From Psammoneis japonica (Eukaryota): a stretch of DNA of 64,000 nt. Under the pieces are notes generated by a model. It did not search any database. It was not told the DNA's origin and worked only from the letters and a program-made list of their open reading frames with translations. Made by a program: the position numbers and the translations under genes. Shown piece after piece: positions 10,329 through 22,999 of the stretch (position 1 is the stretch's first letter; every line of letters begins with the position of its first letter). The stretch covers positions 62,001 to 126,000 of the forward strand of contig QPGO01000131.1 of assembly GCA_008632985.1 (NCBI GenBank), given 5' to 3'.

Positions 10329-13300
10329 ATGGGAAACTGCCGTTCAGGCCACGCTGAGAAGGAATGTGCACGGGTTAAGACACAGGGCTCGGTTCAGGCT
10401 AGTCACAGTGTCAATGGCAGACCACCGTTTCGAAAGAGATCCTCCATTCGTGACTCGCTAGTCTCCTCGAATGCCGACGGCTTTTCTGTTCAACTCCGCG
10501 TTGCGGACAACAGCACGTTGGATCTGGAGGATGCCTTGGAGATGGCAAGGGTGCTTTTAGAGACGCGACAGGATGAGAATTCTCTTTCTTCTGATGAAAT
10601 AAAGGCTGCGCTGCGACTGTACAAGGAATTGCAGAGAGTGTTGTCCGTTGCGACTCGGACAGGAAACCTCATGCAACGAAAGACGGATTTCAAACATGAC
10701 ACACCTTTTAACGAGCGATACCAAAAGCTCGTAAAAGAATTTGATGACGCACAAAATGATTGCAACAAGGCCTTGGCGACACCCGCAGCAGTAAGGCCGC
10801 TTTCGATAGATGCTCTACAGGAAGTGAATGACTTTTTCATACTTGACAACAGCCTAAGGGAAACAACAGTTGGAGCCGCAAAAGGTCACACCATGGAAGA
10901 AAAGCTGAAAATCATAGAATCCATTACAGAAACAGGTCTAGAGGAAGTAATCCTTGGAAGCTTTGGAGCTAAAGTATCTGTCGATACTCAAGTGGCGGCG
11001 AAATGGAAGAATCTGGGAAAGTCCTTTGATTGTGCATGGGGTTTTCAGATGCTTTCGACATGCATGCATTGGACGCACAGGCCGAAGAAGCCTTATGGAA
11101 TTCTGTACCTGACCTATTGGAAGCCGAAGCAAGAGGGGAGAAAACGAACTTTTACGTACCACCAGCCGATCCCAGAACAAAATACACGAAGAAGGACCTG
11201 CATCTGTTGAGAAAGGCATCAAAAGGATTTCGACCGAATGCGTTTGGTGGTGCATCTCTACAAAAGGTTTTGCTAAAGTCGCAATCCAAAAATGGGCGTG
11301 TTCCGCTTGGACTTCTCATGATGGCTGGCTATGGCATTTGCAATGCTATTATCGAGATTGATACTTCTGTTGAAAGCTTCGATTACGAGAAATACGATAT
11401 TGTAGAACGGTGCAAGTTTCTCATTCGTTGGTGCAAGGAGAATCTCCCTCGAAGAGAAAAAGTACCACCCGGTCAAGACAACACTGCAAGAGTCTTACTC
11501 AATCTTCGTGACTTTTCCAATTACAATCGGTCGAGTGGTGGGATGGAGCAAGCCCTCCGACTTGTTGATGCGTTGAGTTCCGTACCGCCAGAAGATCGCC
11601 CGTTTGGTTTTATCTACGAAGAGCCTACGGGTCTCTTGTGGCCGGATGAGGTTGGGCGCTTATGCCGTATGATCAGGTTGACCATGAATCGAGCGGGATT
11701 CCCGCAAGGACGTCTTCTTATTCACGTGCACTGGTATTTTGGTCTAGCTGAAGCAACTCGACTGACTGCATGTGCAATGGCGCTGATGGAGTTTGGGCCG
11801 CAGTTTGTAAAGTCGGCGCACAGGTCGGTCACGCCTGCTCAACCATGACAGCCGTCAATTTGCTCCGAGCAGGACACAACGGCATTCCCGCGGAGTACAA
11901 TTTGGCGAAAATGTGTAAAGCCGCTCGGGAAGTAACAGAAATTTCCACTCGACATCCTTGTGGAACTCACGAAGAGATCTATGGTGAGCAAGCCTTTGAC
12001 GTACCGTTCTTTATGGTGAATGTCCCCGCTTGTCGATATGCCCTAGCGCAGCTTTTGAAGGAGCTTGACATTGACGTGCGTCGGGTGCGACTGAACGAGA
12101 TCATCGTTCCATCGGCAGTAGCCCAAGCCATGACATCTCATTTTGGGCCTCCAAAGGAGTCGGGGTGGAATCCCGATCATTGCAAAAAGATGTTTGATGC
12201 TATTCACAACCATCTCATGACGGGTTTGAGTCGTGACTACAATACGCCACTTGGCCTTGGTCACTTGTATGGACTCGTTTCTCAAGAGATGATTCCTACC
12301 GAAATGGTGAGGATAATGATGCAAGAATCCCCAATTTCTGATTACCATCCGACTGTTCTTGAGTTTATTGATCGATGGAATCGACTGTGCGCACACTATG
12401 AGGGTGAGGAGCTCCCACCGCATCCTGCTGTGCGCTCCAAGAGTATTATGATGTGGGGCACGGACGTGAATGTAAAACCCCGTAGAATTTCCCTTCCTTT
12501 TGAGTTCTTTCTCGCTGACGTTATGAGGAATCCTGTTCTTGAGCCTGTCCCTCGATTATTCAAACTGCAGGTTCTTTCGCTTGTGACAAAGAATGAGCGG
12601 GAGTTGCAACATAAGCAGGTGCCCGAGATCAATTTTTTCGAGGCCGTTCTAAGGCTCAAGCTGTTCATCATGGAAGCAGAGAGTCTAGGCGTTATGGGAC
12701 TAGTAGATGATTTCTGCATTCGAAAAAAGTGAGTCGCATGTTGCGGTTGCTTCTGCTTGTTGATTCGCTTCTTTCATCAATGTGCTTACCCTCCTCCGCG
12801 CTGTTCAGTCATGACTACTTCTTCGGCGAAGATCATCTTTGGTTGCAACAAGTTCGTGGAAACAAACCCAGAGTCGTAAACAAAATGCTTCGCTCCCACA
12901 TCGATTGGTTTCCAAAATTTTACATGAACCAGGGAAACAACGCCATGGTGCGTTGCGTAAGAGCTGCCGCAAAGCGCATTGAAGAGAATAAATGCATTGA
13001 TTCTGATATACAGCAGACCTTTGAGTCCGAGGACGCCCAGATGGCTCTTGAAAAGGTCATCGCCATGGAGGATGAAATCGAGAAAACCGAGAACACTGGG
13101 ATCTTTTCTGTTTCACACGAAAAAATGCTTAAAGACATGGCCGAGGATGAAGGACAAGACGAGGAGGCTGCTGCTGCTTATATGGATCGTAATATGGATT
13201 TGCTTGGTATCTCTGGAGAAGTTGTGAGCAATCTAGCGGATGCCTACACAGAGGAATCAAAATCGGTAGTAAACGGGATGCCGAAACGCTCGGATAATCG

Positions 13301-13433
13301 ACACAGCGCGAGGAAGCTGATTCAGGATGGTTTAAGAGCTCAAGAAGAGCGGATGATAAACATGGAAGAGCAGGAGCAAGAAGAAGAAATGAGAGAACAG
13401 CATCTTCATTCTGAAGATATAGACGAGGAATAG
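10329..13433 (+). CDS. Uncharacterised protein with an HMGL-like/DRE-TIM barrel; frameshifts near 11045 and 11770, intron 12729-12808
   Basis: FILDNSLRETTVG, IHVHWYFGLAEA, GADGVWAAVCKVGAQVGHACS. N-terminus MGNC. GTGAGT...TTCAG intron keeps frame into the acidic C-terminal exon. Confidence 0.7.
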
Positions 13434-13799
13434 TAAAGGTAACATGAAGGTGAAAAACGTAGCCTGCGTGCGTGTGTGTCGGAGTGGGAGCGACAACGGG
13501 GGCGGTATCATCGACCACTGCTTCAGCGCAATCTCCGTTGAGCCAATAACCCTCAAACTTCTCACATCACTTTCATCGCATTTAATGGCTATTCTAGAGA
13601 GGAGATCATGAATCGAGGAGCCATACTGCCGGCCGCACGCAGGGCCTATGCTATCGAGGCGCCGCACGCATGCGTTGCTTGCGGCTTATTTCGGCTCACC
13701 TAAAAATCTCAGCTAAACCTTAGCATCACGATTGCCTTACAACTCAAACCAGGCCCAACAGTCAAAACATCTTATTGCTGACTCTTTTGACTTGATCGC

Positions 13800-14846
13800 T
13801 TGTGGATGAAGGCTAGGTCTATCGTATTTGGAAACGAAAGAATGACAGCACAACGACTTCCTCACCTAGACTGCTGGGCACTGTTGTTTGTCGTACTGCT
13901 GATGCTATCGACCGAGCCTGTAGAGGGGGCTCTGCAAACTCACTCGCACCATTCGACATGGAAAGTAGCGGGACGGCAAAATACAGTAGCTCATGATATG
14001 TCCTTTGTGCCAACGTCGCCTGGTGCGTGGTCACAGCTCAGCATGATGACATCGCAACGAAACATTAACCGAAAAGTGGGGTTCACGAAAACTGCAAAAG
14101 AATCCCAGCCATTTCACGCTCGAGTTCGAGGCACAACTACCTTGCTAAGAGCCAGCAGCAACAATGGTGACTCGACGAAGACAAGGTCTGCTTCCAGCCG
14201 AGCAACGGCGGTTTATGTTCTGATGCTGATCAACTTTGTTGTCTATGTCGCCGACAAGGTATTGCAAAAGCCCTTTGTGCCTCAACAGTTGTATTTATAT
14301 CATCGTCGGTGGAGGTGGTGGCAGCCTTTGACTAGTAGCTTTTGCCATATGAATCGGGGGCACTTGATCAACAATTCGTTCATGCTACTTTTGTTTGGTC
14401 GTTCCATTGAAGACGATTGGGGCTGGGGTGGATTAATCTTGAGTTTTGTTTTCTGCGGGGTCGTGTCCAGCTTGGTTTCAATCCTTTTGCTTCCAGCGAA
14501 TACCGTGAGTCTTGGAGCTTCAGGATCCGTCTTTGGGTTGTTTACCGTGTCAGTCTTGGCGAAATTGGAATGGAAAGATGGGTTGGATTGGCGCAAGTGG
14601 GTGGAGTTGGTAGTCCTTGGGGAATTCGTCTTTGGACAGCTGGCATCCGAAGTCTCCACCGTTGCTCGAGGAGGCCATGCGGGTGTAAATCATGTCGCTC
14701 ACTTGTCAGGTGCTGCAGCTGGAGCCGTAATGGTGAAGGGAATGCAGGCGGTCGTAGCCAGCTTTGACCGAAAAAAAATCCAAAAAGCGGAAAGAGAACA
14801 GAAAGCGGAAAGAAACCAGAAATCCTCGTCAGCAGAAACAACATGA
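13800..14846 (+). CDS. Rhomboid-family intramembrane serine protease, probably organelle-targeted; start uncertain
   Basis: WWQPLTSSFCH, HLINN, catalytic GASGS, HVAHLSGAAAG, multiple TM segments, long N-terminal extension. Confidence 0.9.
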   Translation: MWMKARSIVFGNERMTAQRLPHLDCWALLFVVLLMLSTEPVEGALQTHSHHSTWKVAGRQNTVAHDMSFVPTSPGAWSQLSMMTSQRNINRKVGFTKTAKESQPFHARVRGTTTLLRASSNNGDSTKTRSASSRATAVYVLMLINFVVYVADKVLQKPFVPQQLYLYHRRWRWWQPLTSSFCHMNRGHLINNSFMLLLFGRSIEDDWGWGGLILSFVFCGVVSSLVSILLLPANTVSLGASGSVFGLFTVSVLAKLEWKDGLDWRKWVELVVLGEFVFGQLASEVSTVARGGHAGVNHVAHLSGAAAGAVMVKGMQAVVASFDRKKIQKAEREQKAERNQKSSSAETT

Positions 14847-16599
14847 TTGATATTGTGGAGCACGTTCAACTCTGTATACCCGCCGTCTCTTTTCTCGCTG
14901 CTGTATCTGTCAATATTGTCTCTACTGGCTTTGTTCTCTGTGGCGATAGCAACTAGCAACTAAAGTGTCTTGTTGAATTCACGAACTTCTTTAGAAAGTC
15001 GTCAGGTGCCATACTTTGTCCGAAAGCGCTGCATAGACCAGAAAATCAGTTGCGTCTCATTAGAAGTTCATTGTTGCTTGTTTGCTTACGACTGTAAGAC
15101 TAGAGGAGATAGAAAATAGTTATGCCGGTACGAATGAACGAGGCTGTGGCATCACAGTGGAATGCCGCTTGTTTTCTCTGCCAGTTTGTGAGCGCATCCC
15201 GTCAAATAATCTCCACCCCGATGCTTCCATGGGATCAACAGGATCCTCGTCTTTTCGAGGAGTAGGTTCAGATTGCGTGGTAAGCTGATACTGCGACTCT
15301 GTTGAAACGACAAAAGAAAGGAAATGTGTTAGAAAACCACAGTGTATCGTGCGAGTTGATCTCTGACTGGTGCTTTATAAGGCAAACGCACCAGCATAAT
15401 CTGTATGTTTTTTTTAAAGGTGAAGCTCGAGTGCTGTACGTGACATGGCCCCGACTGAGAAGCTCGCTCTTTGTTGAGCCTAACCAGTTGTACAGAGTCT
15501 AGATCTACTCAACGACGGAGTTGATGGTGCGGAGGCTGCATGTATATGGATCATCTTGCGACAGGTATCGGTGTAGCGGAGAAGGCACCGAGCGCAGGAG
15601 ACGGAGCTGCATACCTCGATGATGGTGCCAATGGCGAAGCTTTGCGAGTAGATCCATTGGCTCCTATCCGCATGTCACGGTGACGTTGCAATCTTCCGGT
15701 GGGAACAGCAGCCGCGCCCTAGCCTACGAAAATGAATTGGAGGTGCTCTCTTGGCAAAGGCACCGGGTTTGGAGCAGGAGTGCAGCAGGCAGTCATGCAG
15801 CCTCCCGAGTTGGCTGTACCACAAAATAAGGGGTAGAGGCATGTGACGGGGATGGAGTGGGAAAAGTGCAGCCGGTAAACAACTTACGAGAACAGATGTC
15901 GCAAAATGTTAAGGAAAGAAATGGTTCGGTCCAGTGGCTCCTAGCAATGGTGCATCCCATCGAAGTGCATCTTTGTCGCGATTCTCCTTTTCTTTCCTTG
16001 TACATCTTACGGTGCATCGTTCACGTTCATCGTCACAGCACGAAGTGTTTCCAAACATGGCTTGGTTCTGCTGATGGTGCTTTTGATGGCACGTCACTAT
16101 AAGCAGCACTTGGTATTGTCAAAGCACTGTCGACAACACGAACGATTTGATTTTGTTGAGGTTTGAGAAAAAATGGCTCGCTGAATTGCGATTGCAAAAA
16201 CGGTCGTGAATATAAATATTTGTATCTTTATGTATCATAATAAAAACTGACCTGCGGACACAACGAAAATATTATTAAACAATATCTTTATCAATACCCT
16301 TATATTAATGGGCGTTTTTAAGGTTCCGAACGGACCTTCTAACCGGCCAACTCTCAGTACTTATGTACACGTGCTTATATACGACCAATTCTCGTTACAA
16401 AATACTGGAGGATGACGTCAAGATAGAATGACCTCGCAAGTATCAAAATAAAAAGTGAACAGCACGATACTTCATCGTGGTTTTGACCATGGCGGCTCAG
16501 GACGACAAAGCGAAAAATCCACACCCGTGAGTGTTTACATTTTTGACACATGTGGTCGTTTGTGATGTACTTATTTTACATCCATTGGAATGTAAACAC

Positions 16600-18070
16600 T
16601 CACCCACTTGTTTGCCATGATTTTATCAGGTTCTGTGAAAGTGATGATGGTGCCGGCGATGACATGGCATGCCTGCAGCGGCGGGAACAAGGGGAGTCAC
16701 AGAAGTTCCTACAGCGTTTAAACATGGTTCTTACAACTATTGAGACTAAATCTGCCCTCTGGTTGAATGACAAGTTTGCACGGCTGAGGCAGTTCGTGCA
16801 CACCGTGTCTCATCACCCTGAACGGTGTCCACCATTGCGCCCCACGGAAGCGGCGCAATTGCCATCCAACGCCGGGTCGGAGACTTTCGAATTGACCAAA
16901 GACATTGCAAAATGTTTGACAGCTCGAGAACCTTTACCTCCTGCCCCCATTGTTGTAAAAGTTGCCATCAAGGACAAGAGAACCGAGCGATGACACAACA
17001 AGAAAAATTTTACAAAAGTGACACTCCGCGCTGTTGTGCCGAGTTTCAGGAGAGCTGCCACCCTTCTCCACATCATGATTGAAACTAGAGCCACTGATCT
17101 TTGATGCACTTGTCTTGGATTCGGCATCTTCCGTCTCCAAACTCTTTTCATCCGGGGCACGAGTGCAGCCGGCATTCTCCAACACGTTGTGTGCATCTTG
17201 AGACAGCGTCTTGTTCCGAATGAAGTAGTTTGGCGCAATCCTTGGAATGGTGACGAATGAATCACGCTGTTCTTTGTAACACCTGTGACCATTTTCTCGA
17301 AATCCAAACTTACAGCAAGTGTGATGAGCACCGAGGGTGTTGAATCGGTCCCGTTCCGTCGCGGCGGCATCACGCTTCCCACGCACTGCATTCTCCACAT
17401 CACAAAGGGGGAGTGACGGACAGCCACCATGCTTCAGAATCGAGTGCATCGCTGCGTTGTCCATCCAATGCCACTTGAGATTGGGTGGAAGGTGAAGGAG
17501 CACTGTCGACACAGCGCTGCAAACGCCATTGTCATTCGCGCGCATTCTGAGATTTTCATGATTTTTGAGAACTGTGGCATGTTCGTGTAGATTCCAACGC
17601 ATTCCCCTCCACGCGGCGCTGCTGCATTTTTGTATGGAGCATGTCTGGGTTGCAGGTCCATTCGGAACCTTAAGACAAGACATGTGCTTTTCAACCCTCA
17701 GAGAGAGATCGCGCGGGGACTGGCGCGGCGCCTGCGCACGCTGCAGCGCTGCAAAAAACAAAAACAAAAAGCAAAAACGACCGCCGCAATCCGCGGGCGC
17801 TGATGATGATGCTCGACACTACGAATTGTTGAACAATTGCATGATGCATGTGCCCGAAGCTCGAATGTCGTTGCCCAAAGCAACAATCACCGTTCGTGCA
17901 GATGTCCATTCTACATGGCACATGGCATTGAAAACACCATTGGAGTCGCGTGAGTCATCGCGGGAATTTCATGAAATGACCTCTGTGGTGCAGTGCTACG
18001 TGATCTACACAAATCGGACATTCTCAAATGCTGGTGCATGTTCTGTGGTCTCCATGTGCGCGAAGCTCGA
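16600..18070. mobile_element. Partly decayed repeat of unknown family; the neighbouring DNA transposon abuts it
   Basis: TA-poor, with broken Cys/His-rich minus-strand ORFs (16813-17767); no domain recognised. Confidence 0.35.
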
Positions 18071-18294
18071 ATGGAACCATGGGAAAGTCAAAATCGTGGG
18101 GCAGCACTGAAACGCCGTAGAAAATCAAGTAGAAAATGAATGGTCGAAGGAGTCAAAAACCCACCATCCAATGATCGCGATCGCTTTGGGGCCCTGCTTT
18201 GCTGCCAGTCGTCGAGTGACAGCATCCACTCGGAGTGCGACTCTAGCCAGCCAGAGGGCCTGCCATCTAAAAGCCACCAAGCTGTTCCAACACC

Positions 18295-18570
18295 AGCACA
18301 GATCCAAGTGTCATTTTGACATCACACACCATGCGCCTTTGTTGAAATGCATCACACAAAAAGCTGACTCGGAAAGTCCACGCCTCCCAGACTTCGCAAA
18401 AACTAAACCAAGGCGACAGCTGCGACTGCACAACATGTAAAAGCCATGCAACTGGTCTAAAATTAGTGCAGATCTGAGTGTCACTTTGACACAAAACTGT
18501 GAGCCTTCACTGAAATGCATCACACACAAAGTTGACTCGGAAAGTCCATGCCTCCCAGACGTCGCAAACT
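18295..18570. repeat. Diverged tandem duplication (period about 170 bp) of the transposase 3' end
   Basis: tgaaatgcatcacac..gactcggaaagtcca.gcctcccagac at 18343 and 18511; both copies translate as WEAWTFRV.F.CDAFQ. Confidence 0.8.
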
Positions 18571-20183
18571 AAATCAACACTCCATTGCTGGTTTCTCATG
18601 CCGCAACTGAGAAACCAGGACAGTTTGCATCGTTTTACGGCTCGCTCATTGCCTGATCTTGTCACAGCAACACATGCTGAACGAAGTGCATTGACACCTG
18701 AAAGCTTGTCAACTCTGTCTGGTTGGCAACACAGCTGCTCCTCCCACTTTGCTTCCAACAGCAGATGGCATCCTTTGTCAAATGTGTTCAAGAAGTGCTT
18801 CACAATTGTGCCCTCTCCTCCCGCAGGCGTGTCATTCTCAGCAAAACGTTTTTGCAGCTCAAGCATCTTTGTGAATCGAATCTGCTGGTCATCATCACAA
18901 TGGCCTGTGACAAGAGGAAGGCCAAAAATCCAGTTGCAGAGCTGCGCGGCAATTCCAGCTTTGGCGCAGCACATTCCACAATGTACATTGTGCAGTGATT
19001 GATTCACATCCCCAGAGCTCGGGTCTCCCATGTGCATGTTGGACGCATCATGCATCACAGGTCGGTGGCCATCTTTGGGGTTAAAGTGTCGGTCCCACTG
19101 GCGCTTGCGGAACTTCACATCCTCGTCGTATGATGCATGCATTGGCCATCGCTCATGGCACTCCAACTCCTTCTTCAATCGGCATTTTAGCGCCTTTCCC
19201 AACGTCTTGTGATCTGCACCATGCTCCCTCTCCCAGTCCTCCCAACGTGCCATTGTTCGGCCAAATGAAAATTCGCACGTGAAGAGGAGCTCTTCAACAA
19301 AAGTCACACAGGTTGCCGTCTTCATCATTTCATCCAAATTGCCACCGTGCACTGTTGCACCATGCTTGAGAAGATGCTTCAAATTTGAAAATCCCGTGCG
19401 ACGCTTCACTTCCTTGGGAGTGAGTGAGAAGAGCCCGATCTTTGGTTTGTCCCGGCATCGACCTGCAGCTTTCTCACCGGCTGTTGCTTCCTTTTGTGAA
19501 GAAGTTTTTTTGCTCTCATGCAATCCTTCTTGTACAAGCGCATGTTGCGTCTGAACAGACAAGACAGATTCTTGAGCACTTGCATTGACAACATGGCGGA
19601 GCATTTCTCGGTCAGTCCCCAGTCCATCAGAATCAGTTCTTGGAGGCGAGTGAAAGCTCTTCTGAGACCCGATTGGCTTTGGCGCTTCAAATGCTTTGAT
19701 CGGCACATGCTCCTTGTTGCACTTCGTTGACTTTCCTTTCACCATTTCCATTGGGTGCTCGTCACAATGCCTGAGCTCTCCTTTGCCATGCGCTCTTCCC
19801 AGGCCCATGCGATCAGTCCACTCGCGCCGCTTGAACAGTCGGATTTGGTGAGATTTTTGTCGTTGATTGCTCGAGCCGGACGGCAGCTCCTTTGGATGGT
19901 TCGGAGCTTTGTGAAATTTTCCAAAGCAATTCTTGCCATTGTTTGAGCAACCTTTGAAGTGACAGTGTTTGTGCTTTCTCTTTTTCTTTTCAGGACTGGG
20001 TTGCACATTTTTGGTGGAATGCAAACGGTCGGTGGCAGAACTCAAAATGTTTGTCATGTCAGCAAGCAGCCGCCCTTGACGCAAACAAGAACCGGCGCTT
20101 CTGCTGGTGCCTGAACCCGCCAGCAATCGAGGTCGCTTCGATGATGGTTTTATCACAGAAGGCGCTTCTATCCCCGTTTCCAC
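18507..20183 (-). pseudogene. DDE_Tnp_4 (Harbinger/ISL2EU-type) transposase with a THAP-like N-terminal region
   Basis: CHFKGCSN...FHKAP...W...HCDEH; RRTGF; VMHDASN; TGHCDDD; FDKGCH (DKGY-like); RSGNERAVKRCK. Confidence 0.75.
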
Positions 20184-22999
20184 CCTCGCCTTGACGAATG
20201 CTGTAAAATGGCATTCTCAAATCTATCTGCCATGCGATGCACCCACTGGTGCTCGGAATTATAATCCACCGCGGGATCATTTGCTCTTGGAGATCGAGCA
20301 TGCGCAAGCTTCACACCAATTGGAGCATCCACGTTGTTGGCTTTCGCTGACTCTTTTTCTGGATGCAGCTCGTTCATTCTGTCTTTGCCAAATGGCACAG
20401 ACATTGTTTTGGTCGCCAAGACAACGTTGTCGAATTCGGCCGTGGTTGCCGTCCCTTTGGGCATGTTGGGAATGTCAATGCCAAAAAGGGGCTCGGGGTT
20501 AGATTCAGGGTTGCTTTCGTTTTTTATCAAGTTGTCGGCTTTCCTAACAGGACTTTCGCACTTTCTTTGTCGTGCAACAGACCAAGATCTTGCAACATTG
20601 GTTCTCCCGGGGAAAGCTTTTCCCGTCTGTTGTTGCTGAGCAATCATTCAACAGCTCCACAACCGTGGCAGTGGATTGCAAGGTGGGCGGAACCCGACCC
20701 GACGCCTTGATCAATTGAATGACGTTGTCCTTCAACTTTTTCAACAATGGAGCCCCCACCTGACCGCTGATGTTTTCTTCCTTTCTAAGGCGACTGCAAA
20801 GGCCAGCAAGGACAAAAGATGACATTGTTCCACCACTTCGAAACAGCAACTGGCTTCCCTGAGCTGGCCGACCAAAACTGTGCATGCAGGCAACACGATC
20901 CTCTCCCAAATTTGATGCAGACTCGTTCACACACCCAGCCCGGCAGCGACATGATGCAGCAACTAGTTCAGTGGCATTGAATGCCGTGGCTCCCCTGCAT
21001 TTCAGCGATTTCATCGAAGCAAGAATCTCGTTGCTCAAAATCAGACACTCTTTCCCCTCGTGGGCAGCAAGAGTCACGGTTCCAAGTAAAATGTCCGGAG
21101 CACCGGCGTCCGTTGCGTGTCGAATGCCCCTCTTGCACAGTCGCTCACCTGTGTGAACTCTGGCGTTTTCAGCCACAGCCATTGCATTCCGCGGAAGGAC
21201 GTGCTTGTGTGAAAGCTTCTCCCCTGGCTTTTGGATTCCGAGTTTGGTTAGAGACGCCAGAATGTCAACAACAGCTACGACGGAAGCAAGCGGCATGTCT
21301 TCATCTGCAATGAGCTCCGGCAGCTCCTCCACATTAACAGTTTTCGATTGAACAAGATGGGGCTGAGATGCATGAAGGGCGGATGTTGGCAACAGAGGAC
21401 ATGCCACTCCTTTGACTTCTTCCTCAAAATCAAGAAACAAGCCGGACTTGGCATCCTCGTACAGCGACAATGCTTCAAGGTATGATGCATCCACGGGCAC
21501 GGACTGGCCTTTTGTTGCAATGCATTGTCGCATTTCCTGTTCGTCAAGGTTGTCACCTCCACCACCTTCACCAGCACCAAACACGATGCCTCTGAAGCAC
21601 TCAAGGCACACTTACATTCCTCTCCACCTGGCAGCTCCTCCTTTTCATCGACAAAGCAAAATGCACACAGTGCACTGTTGCACATGGCACATGTCTGTAC
21701 AGACTCCACCCCCAAAAAAGTGTGACTCCCACATCCTGACCCTTTACATGTTGCAATTTCGGGACCCTCGACGACCCTTGTCTCTGACGCGGCAAAGTCA
21801 GAAAGGCAAGACTCGAGCACCGCTGGCGCCCCGCACATGCAGCCGTTGTCATCGTCACTCGTTTTTTCGTGCAACAATCCCTTTGCTAGACATGACACTG
21901 CATCGCTGGAGTTGACAGCTCCTCCATTCACACCCGCAATGTCTTCCGCAAGAGCTTTGTGCAGCTCTTTCCCAGTCTTCTGTGAGTGCCTTGCAAGCAA
22001 ATCAACTGCAGCTTTTGGACCACATCCATCGACTCCTTGTGGACAAGCATCACAACCCAACAGGAGAGCTGCAAGGGCCCTTGTCATCGGATCATCAACC
22101 CCACTGAATGTTGGGTGGCCTGGAGTTTGGCCATCGCGTTTGGTGTCTTTGTCTTTTTCAAATGGCGAATGCCCCAATTTCACACTCAGAGTCTCCTCGA
22201 CAATCTCAGCAATCTTTTGCTGACCAGTGCAAAGCCGACATGCTGTAATGGGATCCTTCATTTTCGAAATAGAGATGTCTTTGATCATAACATCAAGTCC
22301 ATTTGGACCGACGTACATCGAGAAATCTGAGTCACCCGACGCAATTGCATCGGCATCCGAGTCGACAACCAATTTTGCAACACACGGGTCCGCCTGCATC
22401 GGTGCAGTGACAATGGAGACCACGCCTTTCCCCTGTGGATCATATTCTTCCACCACACTTGTAAGATTTGTGTGAAAATCCGGCGTCAACCCGCGATCCA
22501 GCATGCTTTCTAGGCTGCGGATCTTCTTCTGGGCCTTGCCCACTTGCTCCGCATGGTCTGCCGGACTTTCAACGCTTTCAGCTCCAAGGAGACTCTGCAA
22601 ATTAGATTGAGCAATAAAGAGCCGAGTCTTGGCCTTTTCAGCTTCAGCACGGCGTCTACAAGAGGCATGCTTGGAGGCATGACGGTTCGTCGGATGGTCG
22701 CAGACAATGTGAACGTCGCACAGTTTTTCAGACAGAGCCTTGGCTGTGTGAAAGACAGCATGCTCTGGGAGGAATGATGAGCAGTTGCCAGCATACTTAT
22801 ATGCTAATAGATTCGCATCAAGCACTATCTTCAATCGTTGTCTCGGGGGAGAGGAGTCGATCTCAACGCTCTCTGCCGCTGCTCGAGTTTGTCGTTCCAA
22901 ATGATCCCTTTTTGCCACTTCTTGGATGACCAGCAGCATCAAATCAAGAGGAAGCTTTACAGTCTTCCAAAGAATAAGATGAGCACCCTTTAGACCCAT
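20168..22999 (-). pseudogene. Transposon-borne XPG/FEN1/EXO1-like PIN nuclease plus Cys-rich finger and SWIM-like finger, frameshifted
   Basis: KIVLDANLLAY, VHIVCD, APMQADP, IASGDSDF, H3TH-like LLGCDACPQGVDGCGPKAA; CAMC..LCAFC..CLEC; CRCRAGC...ACMH. Confidence 0.7.

Noticed and set aside
16320..16340. Hairpin aaggttccgaacggacctt as a Helitron end
   Set aside because: No adjacent CTRR terminus or Rep/helicase remnant recognised.
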